Of a DNA stretch of 64,000 bases, positions 1 to 14,199 are shown in pieces. This stretch comes from Sphyrna mokarran (Eukaryota). Both the position numbers and the translations under genes were made by a program. How positions within the stretch are numbered: position 1 is the first letter of the stretch; every line of letters begins with the position of its first letter. Location: the NCBI GenBank assembly GCA_024679065.1, contig JAGIQG010000003.1, positions 106,516,001 through 106,580,000 of the forward strand, read 5' to 3'. The notes under the pieces are model-generated. The model was not told where the DNA came from. It saw only the letters and a list, made by a program, of their open reading frames with translations, and made no database searches.

Positions 1-392
1 AACATTGTTAGTACCCAATTTATAATACATCTCACTGGCTCACCTTCACTAGGTCCATAATTAGTTTTTTTAATTTGAGACGTGTGCTTTAAGTAATTAA
101 CCCAAGATCTGCTCGGTAATATATCTTGAAAAATTATTTAAATAATCACATTTTCTAATGCATCATATTCCAGGGTAGGTATCCTCCACAGCTTCCTTTA
201 CTACTGAGTTTCAGATACTCAAGTCAGAATCTGAGGGATGCGCTTGATTACCCTTTAACAATATTCCATAGTCAAAGAGCTAAGCCAGAAATCGATCCAT
301 AGTGGGAAAAGAAAATATGTTTCAAAATGTACAGAAATATTTTGTTTATCAGTTAAGCCAAAATTATGTGAATCCAGAGCATTTTGCCATAC

Positions 393-539
393 CTGGGTTG
401 CCTCCAGGATGAAATCATGGATAATAACTTGCTCTTCATTCGAGAGGCACAGTATGTCTTTGCTGATAAGGGTTACAGTAAAGGCTTCGCAATTCATAGA
501 TTCTTCACGGCTTGGCCAGTAGACAGATTCATCCTCTGC
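393..539 (-). CDS. PTPRG: PTPRG exon: [49 protein letters not shown]
   Basis: 147 nt; ctaacAG / GTatgg; overlaps ORF 255..497. Confidence 0.94.
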
Positions 540-885
540 CTGTTAGCAAAGAATCATAAATTTTAGCCATTTTGCAACTGTAGTTAGAGCTCAGTTCAAT
601 TGTCAGGAACAGACTTTGCATGTAGAGGGGCCGCAGTTCAATTTTTTTCTCATTCAAGAGGCAGATGAGCAATTTCAGAAAGTTAAGATTTGGCATAACA
701 TTAAACTTAAAGTTAAAAAGTAGAACTAAGATACAAAAAGAAATAGGTTGCTGAGCAAAAAAAAAGACGAATTAATTAAACTGATGAATTTAAAAATGAA
801 TAACAATCAGAGTGGATGAGAATGCATGTTAGTAGGTGGGGGTAAGAGTGAATTTGAATCCTAAGATTAGGAGTCAGCCAAATGC

Positions 886-1118
886 ACTCACTCTCCTTTC
901 TCTCGCAAACATTCCTTCCCTATTTTCTCCCACACTCCTTCCTCTTCCTCACATCCATTCTCCATTCTCCCCCTCATGCCTGCTCTCCTTCCTTCCCCTC
1001 ACGCCCACTCTACTTTCTCCTCCTCACACCCACTTTCCTTACTCCCCCTCACACCTGCTCTCCTTCCTTCCTTTCATGCTTGCCTCCCTCATCTCACACA
1101 TACACACTCTTTTCTCCT
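886..1118. repeat. CT-rich low-complexity tract with imperfect internal repeats
   Basis: Strongly pyrimidine-rich on + strand; motif cccctcaYRcctgctctccttccttcc occurs twice. Confidence 0.8.
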
Positions 1119-3344
1119 GGAGACTAAGTTCAAGGTGAACTGTACAAAGGCTATAATTTCATAAGATGGAGAAGTGAATTATACAGCAACAAATGTTCAT
1201 CCTGCAAACCTCCATGAAGAGATACCTCATTGTTCTTTGATTCAGAACTTGGACATACATGAAACAATAATTATTTTTTTCTGTGATCTTTGCCCTGTAA
1301 GTCTTTCTTTCTCTATATTTTTCTTCATGAATGAAGAGGAAGCAACATTCTTACGCTTCTCTTGTGTTTGAGTATATGCAAATAAACTAATCCTTTGAAT
1401 TTATCCCACACTCCTCCCACATTTTGATATGCACAAAAAAACTAACCCTCTGAGTATATCCTATCTTGAGTTTGCTGTGGAGTTATTAACAGAAAATTAC
1501 ATCACACTAGAATTGAGGAGTAGGGAAAATGCCATCCCTTACAAAGAAGAATGCAAATCAAGACACCTTTCCACTTACGGACGGGTGTATGACAAGATGT
1601 AAATCAGGGCTATTTAAATTAATCTCCCCTGCTGTCTATAATATATAATTTTTGGAAGACAGATTGTCACTCCACTGAAGAATGTGTTATGGGCTTTAAC
1701 AGATTGTATAAAAAATTGACAAAATTCAATTTGTACATCCCTGGATGGGAGGCTAATGGAAGAGATTAGTTAGAAGTTTGAAATCTATAAAAAATATCAA
1801 AGGATGTCACCACATCCTATTGTAAGCCTTTTATTGGCATGTAACTTTAACAGGTAACTACAATGAATCTAAAGGAATGAGACAAAGACAGAAATATTTT
1901 CATTCTACATTGTGTAAACCTGGAAATCAGATTTAGTCTTTCTACAATAATACCAAGGTAAGGACAAAGTTTTTGTAATAGATAAAATAATGGAGCAATG
2001 GATAGCGATCTGACTTGGGACACAATAAAGTTTCTGACGTTATGAAATTTGAGTGAAATTTGCCATTGCCAAATTCAGAGACATGTGAAAACGCCATCAT
2101 GGTCATGAATGCCACAGCAATGGACTCTGTAAGTCATGCATTGACTGATGAAATACTGCATCAAATTTTAGTTGATTATCTTGACTGCAGGTTGAAAATC
2201 AACCTGGCATGGGCAGTTCATGCAAAGTATCCAGCTAGCTGGAAACTATTTATTGTTCCTTTTAATTAGTCTGTGGACAAAATCCTAACTTGCTTTCTGT
2301 GATGTGTGCAAGTTCTTCTGTGCTAGAACATACTACAGTTAGTTCAATCTTTTTGGCATATTTCAATGCTTTATGTGAAGGCAGACAGGCTTTCAACAAG
2401 ATTGAGGTTGTGGATAAAATTCAGATAACACTGAGGCATTGTACAAAGGCTATCTGAAACAGAATCTGATTCAGGAAATTTGATTTATTGTAAGAGAAGG
2501 TCAGAGTGAATGGGTATTAGGTTATGATGGTAGGAAAGTACTTATCAAAATGGCAATCAAACTGCAAAGATTCATTCCTCATGATTAATTGGAATGGGTT
2601 ACAATATCGCAATCTGAGCAGCTAACAGAATTAAATGAGGCACCTTGTACCTCAAATGCTTATTGTTTTGTGATGAAAGTCCTAAGACGTGGAATAGCAT
2701 AGATAAAGGGCTTCTTAGTGGTAATGTTAGTTAATAAGGTGCACAGGATACAGCTATCACATTTAAAACTTAATTGTCCAGTGTGGGTATTCAGGTCACA
2801 TTTGTTACAGAGGGATCAAGTGAGAGGAAAAGCTACTGACAACTTAAAATATTGGTTGCATGTTCAGGATGATGGTCAAGAAGCAAAGACCATGGACTTG
2901 CAGAATGGGGTGAAAGTGTGGAGAGTACAAAAGCACACACTATTAATGGTGGATAGTGGGTCTAGAAGTGAACTATGTCAGAAAATAGGCATGTGCTGTG
3001 GAATGTCCCTCTGATAGTGCACGAAGGACATCCCAAAGTAGTAGCCTAATGGACAGAAAAGTCCAAATAGAGGCTATTGTGTGAATAGAATATACAATGA
3101 AACAAAGTTTCAGAACAGGACCAGAAGCAGAACTCCTCATGATTGTGAAGTATTGATGGCTGCCAATAAACTTGAGGATAAACTAATAAAAGAGGTAAAA
3201 CAAAGGGAATTAGACAGATGGTGAGAGGTATCAAAGAAGGGACAATCTTTTTTACATAGATGGGTTTGTACTGAAAAAATACTTTGCTGATAGAACTTAA
3301 AAGACTAAAACAACACCACTAATCAGTGATTTTAAAGAGCCAGT

Positions 3345-3790
3345 CGGCATCTTATATGTTTCAATAAGATCACCCTCTCATTCTTCTAAACTCCAAAGGT
3401 ATTCAATGTATTCAACTTTTCTTCATCAAATAAGCCCTTCATCACAGAAAGTAATCAAATGAACTTCCCCTATACTGTTTCAAATACAGTTATATCCTTT
3501 TTTAATTAAGGAGATCTAATATGTATACAGCAATTCAGATATGGTCACACTAAGGCTCTGTACAGCTGCAGTTAAACTTCCCTACTTTTATATTCCATTC
3601 CCTTTGCAACAAACACCAACATTTGATTTGCTGTCTTAATTATTTGCTGTACATGCATACTAAGTTTTTTGAGATTCCTCTGTGCCTTCAGGTTCTGCAA
3701 TCTTTCTCCATTTAAATAGTATACTGCTTTTCTATTCTTCTTGCCAACATGCACAAGTTCACATTTTTCCATATTATACTGCTGCACTGC
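3345..3790 (-). mobile_element. Degenerate CR1-type LINE ORF2 3' fragment
   Basis: ORF 3572..3862 reads EKCELVHVGKKNRKAVYYLNGERLQ...ANQML...GMEYKSREV, typical of the CR1 RT C-terminus. Confidence 0.75.
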
Positions 3791-5325
3791 TAGCAGCTGA
3801 TACTGCTGTCTGCCACGGGGAATCAACATAAGGCTGTGAAACACCACTTGGAAGTGATGCAAAAATAATTAATTTTTTTCCCCATTGAATATAAGCCATG
3901 TGTTCCTTTAAACGGAGTTGAGAGAATGAAAAGCTGAGTCATACGATATCACTTTTACACATTTCCTACCATGAGCTGGCAGAAAATGATATAAACACAA
4001 GAGGACTTAGACATGTGAAATCATGTAACATTACTAAAAACAAGTGAAGAGGGTACTCCATAAAGCATGTATCTCTGCCACACTATGTTAACTCAGTGAT
4101 ACTGCAGTTATACAGTTCTTCCTTGAGGATTTACCCTGTCTGGTTGATGCTCTATAAACTACAAAGCTGAACAAGGAAATCTTTTTATTAAGAGCTTCCA
4201 TCTCATTGAGGAGTCTTCATGCGAAACCACATCCAACAATCTGCTCTGAAAACTCTGACCATAATTTGGCAGCTATTAAAAATTCTACCAGCGTGGCTCA
4301 GAAAATCCATAACATTCTAACAAGAAAACGCCTATGGATCCCATTTCCTCAAAAGGGTTAAAATCAGTTTGGTTAAAAATTATGAAACTCTGAGCTCCTA
4401 GCTGTGAAGAAACACTCAAGGACAAAGCTGCAACTTGTTAGTTATCAGGTATGGACATCACAGGAGTTCCTCTTAAAGAGTGTAAGAACAATATAGAATT
4501 GCTTTACCATTTGCTCTGATACCAAATGGTCTGGAAATAATGGCAAGAAGCAATAAGACTTCTGGTTTCCACATAGAGTTTGTTTGTCAATTGAATATCC
4601 TTACTTTGAAATAATTCATTAGACACCAGGGTTACCAGACGAGGGAGGATAATTGATATAAAGAAGCCAGACATAAGTTTGTTTGGTAAGGACAAATTGT
4701 AGCTGAATTAAGCTAGATAGCATGCATGTGCTTTACATTCATTGGACATTATAATCAAGGAGATGCGCATATGTTATAATTGTTTAATTGTATTCATATG
4801 CTATACATGATGTAAAACTAATCAATAGTCATGATTAGGCATAAATAATAACACACGTACACTTTTGATTTGAATATGCTAATTTCTTGTAATCAAACCT
4901 GAAAATATAGATGTCTGTGTAATCTTTGGATCAAGGTTCTCTAGTGTATCACCCCAGCTGAGGCACAAGATCACTTGCTATAGCTCATAATAAAGGCTGT
5001 TTTAAACACTTAAAAAAATATTTACTTGTTCACTCTTTATAGATGAAGATCAAAGAATAGCTGAGTGGTTATCATCAGCCCCAGATTCACCACAACACTC
5101 CCAATGTTAACAGATCCTTAAAAATTCCAAAATCCGAATATCTTCACCTTCGCCTAAAACTAGTCAATTCCTCTTTGGGCCACAACCTGTGCACAAAGTT
5201 TCTTCGAAATCCTTCCATTAGCCATCTTCAACGGTGAGGCAATTAGCATATAGGAAAATTAAGCCTTTCCAAAACCATCCCAGCTCATTTCAATTTAAAC
5301 CAACTTGCAATTTTACTACAACTGT

Positions 5326-5491
5326 TATTTTCAATAAGAAGTCTCACAACACCAGGTTAAAATCCAACAAGTTTACCTGGAATCACGAGCTTTCGGAACA
5401 CTGCTCCTTCATTAGGCACATCTGGTGTTGTGAGACTTCTTATTGTGCCCACCCTAGTATAATGCCAGCATCTCCACGATCATATTTTCAA
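5326..5491. mobile_element. Penelope-like inverted pLTR insertion with degenerate hammerhead core; 9-bp TSD TATTTTCAA
   Basis: Arms caataagaagtctcacaacaccag / ctggtgttgtgagacttcttattg; 37-nt tail; TSD at 5326-5334 and 5483-5491. Confidence 0.75.
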
Positions 5492-5784
5492 GGCAATTCT
5501 TGTTAGTCACAAATTTGCAACTAAGGATTGCAAATTTGAGGATATGGGCATATCATTTATTTGAATACCTTAGAAGTATGTATTTTCAGACAGTTTAATG
5601 GCATATGCGCATTTATGGTTTATCTTCCTTTGTCAATAGGTTGGATAATCAAGCTGCTCCTAGGCTTTCATAAATGCTACTTTAAAACTCCACGGAAATT
5701 TGCCTCAATAGTCTGACTATTTTTTCTTTTAACTATGAGAGGTACCTGGCCTTTACTTGGCATCTGTCCTTAACAACAATACAT

Positions 5785-6172
5785 CACAGCAAACATTACT
5801 CTAGTGCCTTTCGCATTGCAATGTTTCAAAAAGCTTCACATAATAAATTACTTTTGAAATGCAGTGACAGTTATTAATGTCAGTAAACATAGCAAACATT
5901 TTGCACCACAAATGCTCCATAAATATTAAGATGAATGATTTTGTTTCTCTCAGGAAGGAACTTTGGCTAGGTCACACGAAAACTCCTGTTCAATAGCGGC
6001 AAATAAGATCCATCTACTCAAGCAGACATGACATTAGTTAATTATTTCATCCTGGACTTCTGGAACAAACATATTGGACTTTGTTTTAATAAGAATATTG
6101 CAGTGCAATTTACAGGACTGACCCCACAACCTTCTGGCTTAAGAGGTGACAGCATTTCCAACAGAGCCAAGT
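5785..6172 (-). mobile_element. Degenerate Deu-domain SINE (SacSINE1-like)
   Basis: Reverse-complement similarity to the copy at 35575-36140 (ttacttttgaa..gtgac..tgt block; tRNA-like head at right end). Confidence 0.55.
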
Positions 6173-7489
6173 TTGACAAGCCAATTTAGGGATCAGTATG
6201 GATGATCATGGGAGTGAACTCTCCAATCACCCATTCTTTGTAGCAGCACAAAGCGGATGCAACATTGTGTGACACTTGTCAGCAGCAATATCTGATGTTA
6301 TAACTACGCCCTTTGGCTGAGTGCACAACCATGGCTTCTTACCATGGTTGTAAATCAATCACTAGTGTGTGCGTATAATGTTACTGTGACTTTGCAACAA
6401 TAACAGAACTGCTGTAAATGAACTTTACACTCTGCGCAATCTTCAATCCATCTTCATTTATCTGATATCCAGAATTTAAATTCCAGGGATCAACCAGGGA
6501 ATCCTTACTGTACTCTGCTTACTGGAAATTGCCAGCTGCTATGATTTTTTTTTGAATGATGGCCAGAATATACTCTAATAAGCTGATTCAATTTTAATAT
6601 TAATCTTCAAACACTTAAGAATGGGATTTTGTAGGAAGGGTTAAAATATCAGCTGTGTGGTGTTCTCTGCACACTTATCTGGTGCCACTTTAGGCAGTAT
6701 GTGAGAGCCTTGCCTCAGTAGACAAGAATTTCGGATATCACATTTGAGCTTCACCAGTTGGGGTTTTATGATGTCAATGACACCTGATGCTACTTTAATT
6801 ATGATGCAGAAATCCAGGTTGTTTCTCCACTGATGATGTCTGACCTGGTAAATATTTCCTGCTTTCCCTATTCTTGTTTTCAGAATTATAGCATTCGCAG
6901 GATTTTTCACTTTTCTTCACTGAGTAAAGACAACTCATTGCCCAGCTGGAAAAAACCTCAGATAAATGCCCACAGAAAATATAATGCTGAATCCCTCGAA
7001 GGCCACTAAAAAGGACTGCTCTTCTCACCATTACAACGTGGTTAATTATTCTTTGTAGGGTTGGGAAAGGGTTGTGCAGGAGGATGGTGGTGGAGACGGT
7101 GCCAAACACACAGGGAATGGATGGCTGTGGGGGAGGGGGAAGGGGGTCTCCTTGCTCTGAATGGAGTTTCTTTTTGACCCATACCCTGAGCAACAAGGAG
7201 CAGAACTATCAACTTGAAAGACTGACTTCTAAAAAACATTGCAACCTTCAGGCTGAGTTTCAATTTTGTTTTACAGTTGGTTTGTGTGTGTGTCAGTTTC
7301 ATTGTGTTGCAGCAACTGCTGCTTCTGACCTACAGGCAGCTTTGTGGCTTTGATTCTTTTTTGCAAAGTCTGGCAGAAAAAGCATGGAATTGTCTGAAGG
7401 TCAGAAATAACTGCCAGCAACTAAGAAAGTTCTTGGTTGCAAAATGGTTTGTCAAATTTCTATTTTAGAACAAAGTGGATGCTGAGGTG

Positions 7490-7770
7490 GGAAATGGTCT
7501 GAGGAGAATTGGTGTTGGAGAAATGGAGAAGGTTGGGGCTAGCTTGGGAGGTGTTGGAAGCATGGGAGGTAAGTTGGAGGGGTTGAGGGCATTGGTGCAT
7601 TTGGGTTAGGTTTAGGACTGGTTAGATGGTGTTGGAGGGATATTTTGTAGGATCTTGAGGGGTTTGGGGAGATTGGTGGCTGTTAGAGAGATGGAAGGTT
7701 AGGCTGGGAGCTCTGAAGGTTGGGGAAGGTTATGGAGCTGTTGATGGGGTTGGGTGAAAGGAGAGGCATG
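7490..7770. repeat. G-rich low-complexity tract (ggttgg/gagg motifs)
   Basis: Strong G skew with many GG/GGG runs on + strand. Confidence 0.65.
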
Positions 7771-10700
7771 ATATGGATGCTGTCAATCTCTTTTTGCTGT
7801 TGGAATTTCTTTTTGAATTTTAGGCTGTAAGTTCAGTGTATGAGAGTTTCTGAGGGAAGTGGAAACAATCCAGTTCTTGAGCTGAATTTATGTACCTTGT
7901 AGCATTCTTCCCTGAAAAAGTTAGCTCAACAATTCAGTGTATTGTTAATTTTTCCTAAGCTACTGGTAGATATCTAACTGGCAAAACCTGGTGAATGTGT
8001 CATTAGCATGTTAGGAGGAGATGACTCTTAAAGTATATTGTGGGTTCCGCCAGAGAAGTCAGAATGGTAAGGTTGTAATAGCTAGAGAGTTGAATTGTTC
8101 TGTAAATGTATTCACTTTCGAACAATCAGTTGATTGCTCGGTGATTAATTATTTTTAAAGAATCAGCACTGGGACTCCAATTTCCACCACTGCCGTGGTA
8201 ATGAAAGAAAGCCAACATTTACATTTTGTACAATACCTCTTCCAATTTGTCAAAATAATTTACAACCAATTAGATAGTTTTGGGTTGTAGTCACTGATGT
8301 AATGTAGGCAATGTTATTAAAAGGTGGAGCAGGCTGGAGGGGCTGAATGTCTTATTCCTGCTCCTAATTTATATGTTCATTTGTTACTCTGGAATGAATG
8401 AGATAAACTGAGTTAGATGATCTTTGTCATCTATAATTATTTTGTGAACAGGGAGTGAAGTCATAGATGGAATTCTTTTTTTTGCTAATGGAAGTTTACT
8501 GCGAACAGGCTTTGACAGCAGAGATTGACATTATAGGAATATGAATCAGTAACTGGTTTTGTGCTGTACACGATTCTCAAGAGTCTTTTTCCAGTGACCT
8601 CAATATTGTCCCTTTGTCTACTTATTTATTATCTCATTCCATCTTGGTACTTTATCTGATATTTGCAGCATAGAATATCAGTATAAAGTTGTGTTGCATA
8701 GTAGATATTGAAAATATGTTGCAATGAGAAGCAGCAGAGTCTTCAGACTTAATAATTAAGAAAACAATCAAATAAAATTGTTAATCACTCAGTCTTTATT
8801 TGTGAGCTACTGAAAAATTGCAGCATACAGAGGCACCTGAGGGCTCCATCCAGTGTTTCTCACTAAGAGTGAAAACCAATGTTGCTCAATCATTCCATTT
8901 TTTTCCTTAGAATTTATTTGATCTTATTGCCCTGTGAGATTACTGATAAAACAGAATCCAATTACACGCCTTCTATAAAATATTATATTGAATAATATCT
9001 TGCACCCAGGCAGGAGAAAGTCTTCTAATTCTTTATAGAATGGAAAAGATCTTGTGCAGTTTATCCAAGTTGCAAGTATTGAATCTTTCCTCAAATATGA
9101 ATTTACTGTCACTGTGTCCATGTAGTGCAATGTGCAGAACATGTTAATGAAGGCTAAGGGAGTCGCCAAAATCAGTGTTATTGTCTACATGGTGTTATAA
9201 ACAACAGGATATTTTCCTGTCAAATTAATATTGCATGAGTCCTATAAAGTAAAATGTGTACTTTCTTGTTTGTTAATACTTCTTACTGAAAGGGCATACA
9301 CAAACTAATACTACATTATATGAACGACTTATGTTGTATAGATAGCAAACAATACTTGTAACCAGATGCTAACAGTGATCGTTAACATTTTACTAGTACA
9401 TTTTTGTAATTGGTAAATTGATTGATTGGTGAATCTTGAAAGGGGAAAGAACATAATGCATGATTGAGGGAGAGAGAGTTAAGTGAGACATTGAGGGAGC
9501 AGTATGTGTGGGATGGTGAACAAGGGGCCCAGAAATAGGAGGAGCACTGGGGCTCATCATCTCTATCCCTGGCCTTGATTCTTTGAGGATAGCCTAAATG
9601 AACATGATTTATCATGACAGTTCTGATCTTTTAAACAATTTATACTTCAAACCTCTCGGAACTCATCTTTAAATTATCAATTTGCATGGGCTAAGAAACT
9701 TGTAACCATTCTCACTTCTCTAAGCTAATGGAATGGAAATTCATCTCAGCTTACTCATTTAACACACTGTGCTTTTCTTCATCAAAAGACAATTGGGCTG
9801 CCAACTCACTATCTCCCATTTTGCACAACCAAGACAAATTTCTTTTCCAACATTTGTTTTCTTTGAAACGTATTCCATCATTTGTACAATTTTAAGTTTT
9901 CAACCCCCCTCACTGTTAAATGCAATACAGAACTCAAAGCCTCAACATGGGGGGAAACTGGACATGAATCTTGACTCCTTTATTTGCAGTCCCACTTAAG
10001 TGGTTATTGGTAGAATTACTGGGTTATTGGTAGAAGTTTTCTTTTAATGGGATTGGATGGGCTTGGATTGAGAATATCACTGCAGCATAGTAAGTTGATT
10101 GTGGAGGTGGGGGTGTGGAGAGAGGGAGAGAGAGAGAAAGAAAGAACGAACATGCATAGGGACTCTAGCCACCGAGGAGTGTGTAGTACAGAAGCTGGGG
10201 CCAGAACAAATATTTTTCCAATTTTGTGGGATTGAGGGACAGTGATGAGCTTTCTGATTTGCCAGGCTGTCGTTCCTAGTTTTGTGACTCTGCCTTGGTG
10301 CAAGGAGAGTGGGCACTGCAGCAGGTCAAAAGAGAAATGGTATTTTGCCAGTTGGATGAATCCCAGTAAGAGGTTTTCCAACCTTTGGGGGTAGACTGAG
10401 ATTAATTGAAAAGTTTGGAGGAGGCTTTTTCAGCTTCATTATATGTGGGTCAAGTTTAATGAAAGGAGATTATTCCAGGTGTGCTTCCTTCAGTGTGATG
10501 CTTTTTCTTTTAGGACATTGCATTAATTTTCCTTTATTACTGACATTTGATTTAAATTGGCAGGAACTTACCTGCTGTGCGTGCCAGTGAGATTTTCCAG
10601 TTCCATCAACGGTACACTCCTGCTATGGGCTTCACAGTGCTGAGGGTTGCATTCAACGAGAAACTCTGTTGACAATGGTAGGATGAAAAGATCCAAACTG

Positions 10701-12519
10701 GCCAATGGCAGGCCACTTCTGCTAGCACAAAATGTGCCATGGGCTGGGCAGAAAATCTCACCCGAAAGCTTCTTTCCCCTTTCGTGTGTGCTTTTAAAGG
10801 TGCATTATTTATTTTTGCCTAAGGTAGTTATGCCATATGATACTACAGCATGTCCTGTCACAATACTACCTGCAGTCCTTTGATTATGCCCTATGTTAAT
10901 ATTTAGTAGTATACATATAAAAACTTAGTAAAATATAGCACAAGGCTATATTGCCTACATTTAGGTTGAAGTTCTAATTTTTCTTTAATCTGCAGAATTA
11001 AATTTTAAAAACTAAATTAAATGAGGGAGAGGAAGTCCCAAGCACTTTTCAAACAGGCATTTATACAATCTGTGATCATCATCTTCAATCATTCAAGAGA
11101 CCTTCATAAATATTTTTTAACAAATTTCATGAAAAATCTCCCCAAAAAACTGGTTAATTTTCTTTTGCACAAGTACTACATAAAACCATTGTAAAATCTA
11201 CTCCACAATACTTCAGGGAACCAGAAAGTTGGAATAAACATTTTGTACTTCAGCAGCTTTGACTATTATTGTTAATTTTGACATCTTTTTGGCTTCTGTT
11301 CCAGGACTCAGCAAGTAAATAATTGCCTTGTTTAGAATTGAGATGGCCATTAACTGCATGCATAATATTAACAATGAACTTTGCCTCTAAATAAGTGAAA
11401 ATTTGACATTTGTTTAGTCAAGCACAGCAAGTATAAAGCATACAATGGCAAGTCAGATTCACTGAAGAAAATAAGACACTCCATGTTAAGTAAAGGTCAG
11501 GTTCCATTTATGATCATAAATTACAGGACTAACTCTCAAGTAATACACTGCTATTGAAGTAGTTCTTTACTAGATTCCTTGCTGTTTATGTTCAGTGGGA
11601 AGAGGCATTTATATTAAATCTCTTCATTCCATAAATAAACTTGACTCTATTCTATAAATTTATGTGTCTTCTTAGATTATTTTGATATGCTACCTCTAGT
11701 AACTATTTGAAGATAATAGGCTGGAAGTTGGTTTGGAACAAGGGAAGACCATTCAATGTCTTGAGCCTGTTCTACCGAATTGTTACCCCATGTGTTGTAA
11801 GAGGTGGTCTCCTTATTAGCACGTTTAATGGGCCTAATGCTCATTTATGGTTGGCACAAGGAATGCCTCTACAGCTCCTAAAATTGTTGTAGGAAACACT
11901 TGTGATGCTGTTCAGGCACCAGAATCACCATTTTAACAAAATTAAGTACTGTCATTGAATTTAGTGGTAGTTCATAATGTACTGATGCTGAGATTTCTTC
12001 AGGACCAAAATTAATAATCCAACAATAATACTTTTTTTTGTAACCTCTTGTCAATATATGACATGGCAAAGCAATTGAGTACAGCAGAACTGAATATTAA
12101 CTCAGTTATAGGCTGGAGTCCACTCAGATCAGTTCCTCTAAGTAGTGGGATGGGGAGGAAGTGCGGCAAATAAGACAATGCAGGGAAATATTAGAGGAGA
12201 GAATCACAGTCAGTGGTCCCATATAAAGCTATAGTAATTAGGAGTTTCTGAAATATTTTTCCACAATTGTAATTTATGCTTTTTTGTTTTTCTTAATTTT
12301 TAAAAAATTAACTTGTTCTTAATTGTGTTTATGCTTCTATCAATTTGGCACATCTGGCTTTGTTTGCAATGCTATAAAGGAAATGGGTTGTATAACCCAT
12401 AATAAGTCTTTTTAAAATAAGTCTTTTTAAAATAAATGGACTTATCTGAATAAATTTGGCTGCAACATCTGAAGATTCAAATTATTGATATTTTCTAAAG
12501 CTTGCACGGATTTATGACA

Positions 12520-12802
12520 AAGTCACAAGTTGGCTTACATTAATATTGCAAAGAAGTTATTGTGAAAATCTCCAAGTCGCCATAGTTCGGCATCTGTTCA
12601 GGTACACTGAGGAAGAATTTAGCATGGCCAATCCACCTAAACAGCACGTCTTTTGAACTGTGGGAGGAAACTGGAGCACAGAGGAAACCTACACAGACAT
12701 AGGGAGAATGTGCAGTCTCTGCACAGACAGTGGTCCAAGCCAGGAATTCAATCTGGGTCTGTGGTGCTGTGAGGCAGCAGTACTAACCACAGTGCCACTG
12801 TG
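12520..12802 (-). mobile_element. tRNA-derived V-SINE (HE1-like head) with non-CR1-type tail
   Basis: Reverse complement has A-box gtggttagtactgctgcctcacag, B-box-like ttgaattcc, core gtttcctcccacagt, tail taatgtaagccaacttgtgac. Confidence 0.8.
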
Positions 12803-13237
12803 AGCAAGTCAGAAAGTAAGTACACATTTTACTCTTTTTTTCTGACTACGGAACATAGCGAGTACCAGCAGTGATCCATTTGAATTTCTCACCAGAAAAA
12901 TGTTTGAATTTAAGAAAGGGATAAGCATTACCAGTGAAAACGAAATTTAGTATTCTTATAATATGGCAAAATAATTAGAATAACTCGTCAGTCACGCAGA
13001 GAATTGCAAACCTGTCAGATCTGAATATTTATAAACTCAATTAAATGAAAAATTCATTTGCTATTAAATAATCAAATTCCTCAGCATCAAACCTATTGCA
13101 AATGGTTTGCATTAATCTGATAAGATGTACATGATTTATATTTTACAATGGAATATTCAGAAGACAAGATTAAGAATTCAATGAAAAGAAAACAATAGCT
13201 GAAATAACAAAATTACATAGAAAACTTTGACACTCAC

Positions 13238-13366
13238 TAGTCCATGGTTGTCTGGTAACATGACAATTATTTGTGCATTGTGGTCCCAAATCATTCGCCA
13301 AAAGTCCTTTGTGGTGTGTGGCAAAGGATGCTGGGTAATAATAAATTCATTGCTTCTGTAATATCC
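13238..13366 (-). CDS. PTPRG: PTPRG exon: [43 protein letters not shown]
   Basis: 129 nt; ttatAG / GTgagt; D2 FIITQHP and DFWRMIWD motifs. Confidence 0.95.
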
Positions 13367-14199
13367 CTATAACAATTGAACAGACGTTTTAATTATTATC
13401 TGCATGATGCGTAGAAACACATAAGGTACATTTCTCCAAGCTCTTCTGAGAAATCAGAACTTCTCTTTTCAAATTAATATATTTAAAAAATATTTCTCTC
13501 CTGGCTTTTAAGAAAAATATAATGTAGAGACACTAAGTAAAATCTGTTTAGTATGTTATGGTGTATATTCATAGAATCTTACAGCAGAGACCATTCAGTC
13601 TATAGTGCCAGTGTTCATTCTCTGAGAGTTCTCTAATTAGTTGTGCTCCCCTGCTCTTTCCTCAGCTCTGCAAATTTCTCTTTTTCAAGTAGATATCAAA
13701 TTCCCTTTGAAAGTTATTATTCAATGCACAGAACAAGAATTTAGTTCGTGACAGGAAATTATATATACATGAAAGAAAAGAACCTGTACTTTTATAATTC
13801 CTTTCATTTCTTCAAGACATCCTTGAGCACTTCAAATCAGTTAAATTCTTCTGAAGTATAGTCGCTATTGCAATGCAGAAAATTGAAGCAGCTAACTACA
13901 GATCCCACAGACAGAATAAAATAAATGCCCTGAAAACATTCAACAGTGTTGACTGAAGGATAAATTAAAGAAGCATAAAGTCTTATAATTCAGCATGAGC
14001 ATTCTGCCCATCATATGAGACATGTGGGGAGTTGGCGGTAGCCATGCAGCTGCTAAACAATTCTTATTAATAAAGCCTTTTTGCGTACATTAACAAAGTC
14101 TGTGAGAGTTAGCAAAATCATGATGGGCAAATGGCTTCCTGCTGAACTGTCAGGTTCTATGCGTCCAAAAAGTTCCTTTACCTAAGAGAGCTCCACCCC

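Noticed and set aside
836-1164. Three overlapping ORFs of 62-100 aa
   Set aside because: Artefacts of the CT-rich tract (Pro/Ser/Leu-rich, stop-poor)
12401-12435. 15-bp tandem duplication aataagtctttttaa
   Set aside because: Ordinary slippage duplication
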